Origin: an uncultured delta proteobacterium | GTDB lineage: Bacteria; Myxococcota_A; Polyangia; Polyangiales; Polyangiaceae | DNA: 64,000 nt | Assembly: GCA_963841435.1 (NCBI GenBank) | Contig: CAWJCS010000006.1 | Span: forward strand, 64,001 to 128,000 | Direction of reading: 5' to 3' | Part shown: positions 47,458 through 56,975 of the stretch, piece by piece | Numbering within the stretch: the stretch's first letter is position 1 | How the letters are laid out: the number at the start of each line of letters is the position of its first letter | Notes under the pieces: model-generated | Databases searched by the model: none | What the model was told of the DNA's origin: nothing | Seen by the model: the letters and a program-made list of their open reading frames with translations, nothing else | Position numbers and translations under genes: made by a program

Positions 47458-48131
47458 GTGTCTCATCGTCCTTCTGCCCCTGGGAGCCGCCGCGTGCCGT
47501 CGCGGAAGCGAGCCGGAGCGCGTCGCACCGTCGCAAAGCGCGAGCAACGATCGCGCGCTCGGCCCGTCCGCCCGGACCGCGCCCGCCGGCGCCTCGGCCC
47601 CCGCCGCCGAACGCGACCCATCGCCTGCCCGAGGACCCCATCAAGGCGCGGCAGGCGACCGAGCAGTGGAACCGGCACTTGGCGGAGGAGGAACGCGAGC
47701 GCAAACGAACCTTCGACCGGGCCCACGAGCGCGAGCACGAAGCGGTGCTCCGGGCCCTCGACCAAGCCCGCGCGCGCTACGTGTCGGCGAAGACTCCCGC
47801 GGCGGTCCGGGCGGCGAAGGCCGCGTTCCACGCATCGCGGCCGCGCCTCGAGCAGGCCATCGTGGCGCTCGACCCCGGTCGCCAGAGCTCCGAGCTCACC
47901 CACGAGTACGAGGAGATCCTCGCGCTCTTCGACGGGCCGTATCCGGAAGCGCTGCTCGTTGCGAAATCGGGCGACCGGCGTGTCGCCGATGAGCTCGGCA
48001 CGGCGATCGACGGCCGCTTGAAGAGTGCGCGTGCCTGGCTCGACGAAGGCGAGGACGACGACGACGACGAAGCGAGACGCGAAGCGCGGGAGCACGCGGC
48101 GCGAGCGCGCGAGGGCGTCCGCGCAAAGTGA
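47458..48131 (+). CDS. Hypothetical helical protein; a lipobox-like N-terminus (LLPLGAAAC) is out of frame with the body
   Basis: The body PEDPIKARQATEQWNRHLAEEERERK... is in frame 47679..48131. The signal-like segment is in frame 47390, with a break near 47540. Start unresolved. Confidence 0.55.
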
Positions 48132-48162
48132 GCGTACCGCTCGCCCGACTGGGAGCGAGCCG

Positions 48163-49257
48163 TCATTCGTAGCCGTAGTACGTGGCGGACACGAGCCAGC
48201 TCCCGCCGCTCGCGAGCTCGTCGAGCCCAAAGGCGAAGAGGTGCTCGCCGGGCACCGAAAGCTCCGCGCTTTCGACGACGCGCGGTGGCGTGACGCTGCC
48301 GGGACACCAGTTGGCGCGCGAAGCGCGAACGCTCGCCGGCGCCCCGCAGGGGTTCTCGGCGCAATATTCCGCGATGCTGACGAACGACGACTCGTAGCTT
48401 GCCGGCGTGCACAGGGTCGCGCAGTCGTTGCGCCAAGGAGAAAACTCGTCGAGCGTCACACCATCGAGCATGAGGACGTGCTCGCGCCGGCAGAACTCCT
48501 CGGCCGGGCCGATGCAGCTCGCGCCACCGTCGGCGGCGCCGTGGCCCGTCGCCCTGTACTCGACGACCCCCCGCGTGACGCCCTCGGGGATCGTGAACGC
48601 GACGGGTTCGGGCGATGCCTCCGTAACGCTGCCGAACACCAGCGGGAGCACTGCGACCACGCGTCGCGGCGCCGGGCCGTCGACGAGCTCGACGGTCGCG
48701 CTCACGATCCATTCGCCCTTCGTGCCTGTCACGAGCCCGTCGGCGTCGCCGTACGTCCCGATGTCAACGCCGAGCGAGTGGCCGCCCGGACGCGCGTTCA
48801 CGATGTCGGTCATGTCAACGTCGAGCTCGAGCGGTCCGCCGAACGGCGTGATGGCGCGCACGAGCTCGAGCCCGGGCGGACCCGGCGTGGCGCCCTCGGC
48901 GTCCTTCGGGTCGTCGAGGGAGACGAGCAGCCCGCGATCGAACGCGTCGCAGAGCGTGGGCCAGTTCTCACCCGGCGGCACGGTGTCGGGCGACCACTTG
49001 TCGAACGGAAAGCAGGGCGATTGGAGCGCAAGGTGCAGGGTTGCGCGTGACACCGTGCCCGCTCCCCAGTCAATCGTGTGCGTCGCGTGCTGGTAGTGGG
49101 TCGCCTCGGGGTCGCTCGAGACTTCCACGCCGTCGAAAAGGTGAATCCTCCGCGTTCCGAGCACGGGCCGAGCCGACGCTTCGCGCGAGTCGACGCTGGC
49201 GAGAGGCTCTGAGCTGCAGGCGCCCAGCGCGAGCGCAGCGAGCAACGCGCCCCTCAT
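48163..49257 (-). CDS. Lipoprotein with peptide-N-glycosidase F (PNGase F)-like domains
   Basis: Lipobox LGAC. Motifs CDAFDR, ELVRAITPFG, TGHG, EEFC, PWRNDC and RANWCPG. Confidence 0.82.
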   Translation of the reverse strand: MRGALLAALALGACSSEPLASVDSREASARPVLGTRRIHLFDGVEVSSDPEATHYQHATHTIDWGAGTVSRATLHLALQSPCFPFDKWSPDTVPPGENWPTLCDAFDRGLLVSLDDPKDAEGATPGPPGLELVRAITPFGGPLELDVDMTDIVNARPGGHSLGVDIGTYGDADGLVTGTKGEWIVSATVELVDGPAPRRVVAVLPLVFGSVTEASPEPVAFTIPEGVTRGVVEYRATGHGAADGGASCIGPAEEFCRREHVLMLDGVTLDEFSPWRNDCATLCTPASYESSFVSIAEYCAENPCGAPASVRASRANWCPGSVTPPRVVESAELSVPGEHLFAFGLDELASGGSWLVSATYYGYE

Positions 49258-50121
49258 GGCACCTTGAACGAGCCGATGCGCGTCGCGCGCGCCCCACCGC
49301 TCTTCAGGTAGTCACCCACGTACCAGAACGTGGTGTCGTCGCTCGGGTCGATGGCCGTCGTGGTGAAGTCTTCCCAACGCAGCGTGTCGGTCTGCGACGC
49401 CTGGCCCGCGACCAACACCGTTTCCTGGAAGCCGAGCACGCCGAGCGGGTCGTCAACGGCGTGCACCGCGAAGCGCTGGCCGGGGAAGGTCGTGGCGTCT
49501 CCGAACGAATAGCCAACGCCGATGTTGCCGCGCCCGTCGATCGCCACGCTGCCCATCCAGCGGTACGACGTGTCGGGCGCGTAGGTGCTCTGCTGATGGA
49601 GCTTGGGCTTGCCGTTCGCGTCGAGGCGAAACTCGTACCAGCGAACGCCCCCGCCCCCCGCGGGGCCGTCCACCGAATGCGTGGTGACGACCGACTGATG
49701 AGTGCCGAAATTCCGGTACGAGAGGCGCTGCATCAGCTTGTCACCCTGGGCATCGAGACGCCGCGTCGTGCCGGGCTGCGGCACGCAGCTCGTGAGCTGT
49801 CCGTCGCAGAGGTAGTGATAGGGAGCAACCGCAATCTTGACGGGGCCGCTGAGCGCGGTGCCCGCGGGCGTCGTCCAGTCAACGTGGAGCTCGTAGGCGT
49901 ACACGCCGTCGTCGTCGAAGTCGTTCGAGAGCTGGGTCCCGCCGAGTGCCATCAGAATGTTCGGAGCGCCCGCTGGCGGGGGTGTTGCCGCCCTGGCCCG
50001 CCGCGGCGACTCCGCCGCTCCCCGCGACCCCGCCCGCGCCGGCGCTCTGGGCGGGACCCTGCCTGCCTTGGCAAGCCAAAGACGCGGCGGCAAGACGAAT
50101 CCCCGCGGCGCGTCCTTTCAC
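49254..50121 (-). pseudogene. Lipoprotein gene with apparent internal deletion: signal plus Gly linker joined out of frame to the C-terminal half of a beta-rich domain
   Basis: VKGRAAGIRLAAASLAC...GGVAGSGG (ORF 49879..50292) meets PPPAGAPNILM...DAQGDKLMQRLSYRNFG...RWMGS...RWEDF near 49985. The stop overlaps the PNGase start. Confidence 0.6.
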
Positions 50122-50141
50122 GTTCGATCTCGAGATGGGCA

Positions 50142-50157
50142 TGCAGGAGCGGTGCCG
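50142..50157 (-). promoter_or_regulatory. Sigma54 promoter candidate
   Basis: The minus strand reads CGGCACCGCTCCTGCA (GG-N10-GC), upstream of GTG 50121. Confidence 0.45.
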
Positions 50158-50354
50158 GCGCGAGGTCGCCTCGGTGGGCGCCGGTGCCGTGCCTGTATGG
50201 AAGCGGCGCGACGCCACCACCTTCCAAAATTCCGCGCCCCTCGCCGTGGGGTGCGAGCGCGAACGCCTGACCCCCCATCGCGCATCGAGCAACGCCCGGC
50301 GGCGTGACCGTCGCCCGGGCGAGGTGGCGGTGCGGGTCGCGCTACGCTCCGCCC

Positions 50355-50933
50355 ATGGGCAAGAATCGACTGGAAGCGTTCAGCGACGGCGTCATCGCGA
50401 TCATCATCACCATCATGGTGCTCGAGCTGAAGGTCCCGCACGGCGAAAGCATCGAGGCACTGATGCCTCTTTTGCCCGTGGCATCGTGCTACGTGCTGAG
50501 CTTCGTGTACCTCGGCATTTACTGGAACAATCACCACCACATGCTTCACGCATCCCAGAAGGTGACGGGGTCCATCCTCTGGGCAAACCTGCACCTCTTG
50601 TTCTGGCTGTCGCTGACGCCGTTTGCGACGGCGTGGATGGGAGAAAATCACTTCGCGCCGGCGCCCACGGCGCTCTACGGTGCGATCCTGCTTTGCTCGG
50701 CCGTCGCGTACTACGTCTTGCAGCAACGCATCATCCGGTCCCAGGGCCCCGACTCTCTCCTCAAGCGAGCCATCGGCGGCGACTGGAAGGGCAAGCTGTC
50801 CCCTCTGCTCTATGCAGCCTCGATTCCCCTCGCTTTCGTCTCGCCCTGGATCTCGGTCGCGCTCTACGTGACGGTCTCGTTGATCTGGCTCGTGCCGGAC
50901 CGGCGCATCGAGCGCTTGCTGGAGAAGGCGTAG
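50355..50933 (+). CDS. TMEM175 family potassium channel (DUF1211)
   Basis: RLEAFSDGVIAIIITIMVLEL, YWNNHHH and multiple TM helices. Confidence 0.96.
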   Translation: MGKNRLEAFSDGVIAIIITIMVLELKVPHGESIEALMPLLPVASCYVLSFVYLGIYWNNHHHMLHASQKVTGSILWANLHLLFWLSLTPFATAWMGENHFAPAPTALYGAILLCSAVAYYVLQQRIIRSQGPDSLLKRAIGGDWKGKLSPLLYAASIPLAFVSPWISVALYVTVSLIWLVPDRRIERLLEKA

Positions 50934-51039
50934 CGGCGGCGGGACCAACCGCTGAGCGGGCGTGACGGGCCCCTCGATTTGCCGGCTTTGTCCCCAAGAG
51001 CTGGCATCTTTGCCATGTAAGGTCACCCTGCTCGACCCG

Positions 51040-51249
51040 ATGAGCAAAAAGCCCGCCGCCGCCCCCGTCCCTGAAACGCCCGCAGCGCCCCCACCCGGCA
51101 GGGGCAACTCGCCGTTCGGGCAGTTTCCGAGGCCGCGCCCCGCGAAGGGCCCGAAGCAGGCGAGCGGTCGAGTGCTGCCGCCGGCTCCCGCCTGGATGCA
51201 AAAGCCGCTCAAGCCGCCCGGGCGCACCATGCCCGGCAGCGGCACCTGA
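51040..51249 (+). CDS. Small basic Pro-rich protein (69 aa)
   Basis: ATG start and GC3-rich codons, filling the intergenic gap. No recognisable family. Confidence 0.5.
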   Translation: MSKKPAAAPVPETPAAPPPGRGNSPFGQFPRPRPAKGPKQASGRVLPPAPAWMQKPLKPPGRTMPGSGT

Positions 51250-51383
51250 TCGAACGGCGCGCCGTCCTCACTCGAGCTCGGCGCAGCGTTTCGATAGCGG
51301 TCCCTGAAAGCCCGTGACGGGAAACGTCACCGGTGCGGTGCTCGCTTGGCCGAGCACCACGCCGAGCGCGGGCGATGAGCGCG

Positions 51384-52949
51384 CTACTCTGCGAACCCTC
51401 GCACGTACAGCCCGTCCTCATCCCCTCCGGTGTTGACGGTGTAGATGAGCGCCGAGCCGAAGGTCGCGTCGTAGTCCACGTGCTCGGCGATCAGCGTGGG
51501 CGGGGTGGGGTTGAGCTTTCCGTTCGTGCCCACGCCGCGAAAGCGCAGCGTGCCGGACGAGCTCGGCGAGTCGAAGTCATCCATGAAGACGGTGTTTCCG
51601 TGGCCCATCCAGCCGAGCACCACGACCCCGGGCGCGACGAAGTCGGTGCTGCAGTCGGCGAGCCGAGAGTGATACGCGTCGTAGCCGTCGGTGTTGGCGC
51701 GGGCCCAGAGGGCCGTTCCGGTCCCGGGCGAGAAATGCACCGATCTCGCTGGGACCGTGACGCTCGTCTCGAGCGTGCACGCTTCGGTGCCGTCGAGCTT
51801 CGAGACGAAAAGGTCCACCGAATCGGCGGTCGTGTAGTGCTTGGCGTAGGCGAGATGGCCCTGATCGCCGAGCGTTACCAGAGCCTGGACTCCGCTGTCG
51901 ATGAGCAGCCGTTCGTCGGGCGCCCCCATGGGGTCGCGAAATGCCGTGAGGTCTCCCGTGTCGGTCAGTGTCACGAGGGAGCCGTTGCGATCGAGCCCGT
52001 AGTCCCACACGTCGGCGAGCAGATCCCGAGGGTCGGTGCCGTCGGGGAACGGCGCAACTTGGAGCACGCCAACGCCTCGTTCGTCGGCGGCCCGGAGCCA
52101 GACCCAGGCCGTGCCGTCGGGTGACACGTCCCAGGCGTGGACGTCCGAAGCGACGGTGATGCGGCTTTCGGGCTCGCCGACCCGCTCGAGCTTGAGAATT
52201 TCCGGGCCCTCCGGGTCCTCGCGGGTGGTCCACGTGACGTAGCCGTCCGCGGGGAATCCGAAGCTGAAGCGGTGCACACCGCCGAGGTCCGCCCGGGTGG
52301 CTGCGATCACGGTGTCGATGGGCGTGAGCAGGGGCTCGCTCTCGCCGTCGATGGTGCCCGTGTAAAGCTCGCTCGTGACCACCGACACAATCTCGCTCCC
52401 CTGGTCGGTGGGAAACCCCAGGCAAGCGAGCGCGGTTCCATGCGGCGCGGGCGCGCAGAACGAGATGTCGAGCGCGTCGGAACGGTTCGCGAGCAGGCGC
52501 CCACCTCCCATGCCGGGTCGCCAGACGTACGGCGTGAGCGTTGCGTCGTAGTAGACGAGCGTGTCGCCGCCGAAGAATGTCCGGTGCCAACCCTCGACGG
52601 TGGGCCCGAGGTCTTCGGTCAACAGCAAGCAATTCGGATCGGGAGCGTTGCAGCTCACGGGAACGCCAGCCAACACCCGTGACACGTTGACGACGAAGAG
52701 ATTGTCCTTGTAGCCACTCGCGCGGGCGACGAAGGCGCACCAGCTGTCGCCGCCGGCGCTTGCCTTGGTGGTGCAAGCGTCACCGCCCGCAATCGTCGCC
52801 GCCGCGCCGCTGAACACGCGCGTGCCCGGTTGCGCCTCCGCTTCCGTTGCGCCCGCTTGGCCCGCTTGTCGGCCGGAGTCGCCGCACCCGACCGCAAGGA
52901 CGGCGACCCACCAAACCAGAGCCGAGCCCGGCGCGCTCACCGGTCGCAT
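51384..52949 (-). CDS. Hypothetical lipoprotein, probable beta-propeller
   Basis: Lipobox AVGC. Repeats WDVSPDG, HFSPG and DLFVSKLDG. Confidence 0.75.
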   Translation of the reverse strand: MRPVSAPGSALVWWVAVLAVGCGDSGRQAGQAGATEAEAQPGTRVFSGAAATIAGGDACTTKASAGGDSWCAFVARASGYKDNLFVVNVSRVLAGVPVSCNAPDPNCLLLTEDLGPTVEGWHRTFFGGDTLVYYDATLTPYVWRPGMGGGRLLANRSDALDISFCAPAPHGTALACLGFPTDQGSEIVSVVTSELYTGTIDGESEPLLTPIDTVIAATRADLGGVHRFSFGFPADGYVTWTTREDPEGPEILKLERVGEPESRITVASDVHAWDVSPDGTAWVWLRAADERGVGVLQVAPFPDGTDPRDLLADVWDYGLDRNGSLVTLTDTGDLTAFRDPMGAPDERLLIDSGVQALVTLGDQGHLAYAKHYTTADSVDLFVSKLDGTEACTLETSVTVPARSVHFSPGTGTALWARANTDGYDAYHSRLADCSTDFVAPGVVVLGWMGHGNTVFMDDFDSPSSSGTLRFRGVGTNGKLNPTPPTLIAEHVDYDATFGSALIYTVNTGGDEDGLYVRGFAE

Positions 52950-53272
52950 TTGCTTCTCATTCTCACTCCCGCGCTCTTCCGGCTGCAAGCTTCGGCGCCG
53001 CGAGGCTGTTCTTTCCGCGGTCGTCTCGAGGACGGGTCGCCCGCAGGGCGCCCCTTGCGCTGCCCTCGCGCTCGGATGACGCGCGGGGTTCTGTCGACCA
53101 CGGCAACTTCGAGTCTGACGGCGACCACCACGAGGCGCCGCTTTTGAGAACGGTGACGCCGGTGACAAACTTGTCGCCCCTCAAGTTGTCTTCGCTTGCG
53201 GGATGATCGGTGTCGACGCACGGGCGCGGGACGCGAGCCTCGAAGCTCCCGCCGGCCCGACGGAGATTCACG

Positions 53273-54382
53273 ATGACCCGCAAGACCATTCGATCGTCTC
53301 GGCTGCACGTTGGTGCCGATGTTGCCGCGTTCCTTTCTCTGGTCCTCGTCAGCACGACGCTCGGTTGCACCGCCGACAGTGGCACCGAGCCGGCGGGTGC
53401 GGCAGGCATGCCTACCGAAAGCGGTGGGGCGAGTGGCTCGGGCGGCCTCGCGGGCGCGGGTACGGCCGGCACGGCCGGAAGCGGCGTTGGCGGGAGCTCC
53501 GGCTCCGGCGGAACAGCAGCGGGCGCAAGCGGGACGGCTGGAGCTGGAAGCGGCGGGGTGGCGGCAGGCGGTAGCTCGGGAATCGGCGGCACGGCGGGCA
53601 CCAGTGGCGGTGCGAGCGGTGCCGGGCAAGGTGGCTTCGCGATGGGCGGTGGCGGAGGCGTCTCGGGTGGCGGCGCCGGGGCAGGCGGGGCGTCCGGCGG
53701 GCAAGCGGGCGGTGGGCAGGCTGGCGGCGGGTCGGGAGGCGGCTCGGGCTTCGACCCGTGCCCGGCGACCGGTGATTGCAAGGTGCTTCCGCTCGGCGAC
53801 TCGATCACGTTCGGGACGCCGACCAACAACGGCGGTTACCGCGTCGAGCTTTTCACCAAGGCCGTCGGCGACAGCAAACACATCACGTTCGTGGGCAGTC
53901 AATCGAACGGCCCGAGCATGGTGGCGGGCACGACGTTCCCCAAGGCCAACGAGGGGCACCCCGGCTGGACGATCAGTCAGATCGACGGCATCTCCACGAG
54001 CTCGCAGGCGCTCAAAGATTCCCCCGAGATCATCCTGCTACACATCGGCACGAACGACATGGTGCAAGGCGCGAACGGTGCCCCGGACCGCCTGGGCACA
54101 TTGATCGACAAGCTCGTCGCCGCGCTGCCCGACTCGCTCCTCGTCGTCACGTCCATCATTCCGCTGCCCCTCGCGGCGAGCAGCGTCATGACGTACAACG
54201 CCACCATTCCCGCTACCGTCAAGCAGCGCGCCGACGCCGGCAAGCACGTGATGTACCTGGAAATGTTCGACGGCTTCCCGAGCAACGGCCTCAGCAGCGA
54301 CAACGTCCACCCGAACGACAACGTCGGCTACCCGTGGATGGGCGACGCCTATTACGAGGCGATAAAACAGTATTTGCACTGA
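53273..54382 (+). CDS. Lipoprotein SGNH esterase (CE3 acetylxylan-esterase-like) with Gly linker
   Basis: Lipobox TLGC. Motifs PLGDSIT, GGYR, FVGS, NEGHPGW, IGTND and DNVHP. Confidence 0.92.
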   Translation: MTRKTIRSSRLHVGADVAAFLSLVLVSTTLGCTADSGTEPAGAAGMPTESGGASGSGGLAGAGTAGTAGSGVGGSSGSGGTAAGASGTAGAGSGGVAAGGSSGIGGTAGTSGGASGAGQGGFAMGGGGGVSGGGAGAGGASGGQAGGGQAGGGSGGGSGFDPCPATGDCKVLPLGDSITFGTPTNNGGYRVELFTKAVGDSKHITFVGSQSNGPSMVAGTTFPKANEGHPGWTISQIDGISTSSQALKDSPEIILLHIGTNDMVQGANGAPDRLGTLIDKLVAALPDSLLVVTSIIPLPLAASSVMTYNATIPATVKQRADAGKHVMYLEMFDGFPSNGLSSDNVHPNDNVGYPWMGDAYYEAIKQYLH

Positions 54383-54453
54383 GCGCCGGGTGGGCGGCCG
54401 GAGCGGTCCCGGGGGTTCTGGCGCAAAAGAGCTGCCGAGGGGTATAGGGGCTC

Positions 54454-54750
54454 ATGCCCTCCGATGATCGCATCGACCTGTCGATCCCTTGCGAGCACGT
54501 TACGGCGGACCTGCCCAGGTGGGTGCACCGCCCTCCCACCGGCTGCAAGGAGTGCCTGGAAATGGGCTCCGCCTGGGTCCACCTCAGGATCTGCCTCAAC
54601 TGCGGGCACGTCGGCTGCTGCGACGCGTCGCCGAACCGGCATGCGACGGCGCACTATCGCGCGACGCATCACCCGCTCATCACTTCCGGCGAGCTCGGCG
54701 AGACCTGGGCGTACTGCTACGCCGACGATCAGTTCCTTTCCACCGGCTGA
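54454..54750 (+). CDS. UBP-type zinc-finger protein
   Basis: CEH, GCKECL, WVHLRICLNCGHVGCCDASPNRHATAH and WAYCY. Confidence 0.95.
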   Translation: MPSDDRIDLSIPCEHVTADLPRWVHRPPTGCKECLEMGSAWVHLRICLNCGHVGCCDASPNRHATAHYRATHHPLITSGELGETWAYCYADDQFLSTG

Positions 54751-54767
54751 GCCCCTTCGGAACGTGC

Positions 54768-56447
54768 ATGACGCTCTCGGGGTTGCCGCCGTTTCTCAAC
54801 GTCACGCGGCGGCGTGACCAGATGTTTCCCGCGCTGAGCGCGGCGCAGATCGCACGCGTCGCCGCTTTCGGCTCCGAGCAAAACGTCGCCGAGGGGGCGT
54901 TGCTCTGGGATCAGGGCGATGCCGAGGCACCGCTCTTCGTCGTGCTCGAGGGCGAGGTCGAGATCGTCCACCCGCGCGGCAAGCTCGAGGAGCCGGTCGT
55001 CTTGCTGAAGGCGGGGCAGTTCACCGGGGAGATCAGCCTGCTCGCCGAGCGTCGGGCGCTGGTGCGTGGCAGGGCGAAGAGCGTTGCGAGGGTCCTGCGC
55101 GTGGAGGGCGCCGAGCTGCGCGCGCTCGTCCGCGACGACTCGGAGATCAGCGAGATCATGATGCGCGCCTTCATCCTGCGACGCGTGGCGCTGCTCTCGA
55201 CGGGACAGGGTGACGTGACGGTGATCGGTTCGCGGGACTCCGCGGCGACGCTGCGCGTGCGGGCGTTCCTGCTCCGCAATGGGCACCCGAGCCAATACGT
55301 CAACGTCGACGACGACTCCGGCGTGCAGATCCTGCTCGACGAGCTCGGCGTCGGTGTCGGAGACATCCCCATCCTGGTTTGCCGAGGCGACCTCGTGCTC
55401 AAGAACCCGAGCGACGCCGCGGTGGCCGATTGCTTGGGGTTCAACGCGGCCGTCGATCCCAAGGTCACCCACGACCTGGTGATCTGCGGTGCCGGCCCGG
55501 CGGGTTTGGCGGCGGCCGTTTACGGTGCGTCCGAAGGGCTCGACGTGCTGATCCTGGAGGCGGACTCACCGGGAGGTCAGGCTGCGTCCACCACGAAAAT
55601 CGAGAACTACCTCGGCTTTCCCACGGGCGTCTCCGGACAGGCGCTCGCCGCGCGGGCCATGAATCAGGCCGAGAAGTTCGGCGCGCGGATTTCCGTGGCG
55701 AGGGCCGCCGTGAGCATCGATTGCGCGGCGCCCGTGTTCACCGTTCTGCTCGCCGACGGAACGCGAGTGCGAGCACGCGCCATCGTGATCGCGACGGGCG
55801 CCCAGTACAACAAGATCGTCGTGCCAGAGCTCGAGCGGTTCGAGGGCGTTGGCGTTTACTATTCCGCGACGTACCTCGAAGCCGAGCGCTGCGGTCGAGC
55901 GGAGGTCGTGGTCGTCGGCGGAGGCAACTCCGCGGGGCAGGCAGCGACCTTCCTGTCGCAGCGTGCGAGCCACGTTCATCTCCTGATCCGCGGGCCCGAT
56001 CTCGCAGCAAGCATGTCGCGCTACCTGATTCACCGCATCGAGGAAGCCCCGAACATCACGCTCAGACGCCGCACCCGGGTGGTTGCGTTGGAGGGTGAGG
56101 ACCATCTCGAGCGCGTCACCTTTCGCGACGACGCGACCGGGGAGGAGACCACGCGTCCCGTCCGCCACCTGTTCTCCATGACCGGGGCGAGCCCCAGCAC
56201 GGTTTGGCTCCGCGGCTGCGTCGCGCTCGACGACAAAGGGTTCGTGCGCACGGGTGCGGACCTCGACGCCGACGCGCTTCGCGAGTCCGCCTGGCCGTTG
56301 CGGCGCTCGCCCTACCTCTTCGAGACCAGCCGCCCCCGCATCTTTGCGGTTGGCGACGTGCGCTCATCGAGTGTCAAGCGTGTAGCGTCTGCGGTCGGCG
56401 AAGGCTCGGTCTGCGTCCAGCTCGTTCACCGCGTGTTGAGCGAGTGA
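54768..56447 (+). CDS. Cyclic-nucleotide-binding, thioredoxin-reductase-like FAD oxidoreductase
   Basis: cNMP motif GQFTGEISLL. Reductase motifs GAGPAGLAAA, IENYLGFPTG, IATGA, VVGGGNSAGQAA and FAVGDVR..SVKRVASAVGEG. No CxxC. Confidence 0.93.
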   Translation: MTLSGLPPFLNVTRRRDQMFPALSAAQIARVAAFGSEQNVAEGALLWDQGDAEAPLFVVLEGEVEIVHPRGKLEEPVVLLKAGQFTGEISLLAERRALVRGRAKSVARVLRVEGAELRALVRDDSEISEIMMRAFILRRVALLSTGQGDVTVIGSRDSAATLRVRAFLLRNGHPSQYVNVDDDSGVQILLDELGVGVGDIPILVCRGDLVLKNPSDAAVADCLGFNAAVDPKVTHDLVICGAGPAGLAAAVYGASEGLDVLILEADSPGGQAASTTKIENYLGFPTGVSGQALAARAMNQAEKFGARISVARAAVSIDCAAPVFTVLLADGTRVRARAIVIATGAQYNKIVVPELERFEGVGVYYSATYLEAERCGRAEVVVVGGGNSAGQAATFLSQRASHVHLLIRGPDLAASMSRYLIHRIEEAPNITLRRRTRVVALEGEDHLERVTFRDDATGEETTRPVRHLFSMTGASPSTVWLRGCVALDDKGFVRTGADLDADALRESAWPLRRSPYLFETSRPRIFAVGDVRSSSVKRVASAVGEGSVCVQLVHRVLSE

Positions 56448-56492
56448 CGGGAAGCACTGGCGCAAACGGGATCGGGGCTCCATGTTCTCTGA

Positions 56493-56975
56493 ATGGCACC
56501 AAGCAACGCCCACGAGAGCGAGCCGCCGGTCAACCGCGTCGACGAGGCTGGTTTCGAATCGTTTCCCGCGAGTGACCCGCCGTCCTGGACGCTTGGGCTC
56601 GGCGGCCCGTCGAAGACGAAAGGATCGCGTTCGATGACATCCAAGCCAACCCCGGAGCAGCTATCGACCCTGAAGCGCCTGCTCGAGGCGAAGCGTGACG
56701 ACCTTCGCAAGAAGAGCAATCGTCACGTGCGCGCGGCCACGCTGTCGGAGTCGAATGAGCGAGCGGAGCAAGGCAACGTCGCGGAAACCGAGCACGAAAT
56801 CGCCGACACGGTGGGCCTCGCCGAGCACGAACAGCGCGAGCTGGACGAGGTGCTGCACGCGCTCGAAAAGCTCGCGCGCGGCACCTACGGCGTGAGCGAA
56901 GCCACGGGGCGTCCCATCCCCTACGCGCGGCTCGAGGCACTGCCCTGGGCGCGCTTCGGCGTCGACGAACCTTGA
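56493..56975 (+). CDS. TraR/DksA family protein without Zn-finger cysteines, with an N-terminal ESFPASDPP motif
   Basis: LDEVLHALEKLARGTYGVSEATGRPIPYARLEALPWA. An alternative start at 56634 has AAGGA upstream. Confidence 0.85.
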   Translation: MAPSNAHESEPPVNRVDEAGFESFPASDPPSWTLGLGGPSKTKGSRSMTSKPTPEQLSTLKRLLEAKRDDLRKKSNRHVRAATLSESNERAEQGNVAETEHEIADTVGLAEHEQRELDEVLHALEKLARGTYGVSEATGRPIPYARLEALPWARFGVDEP

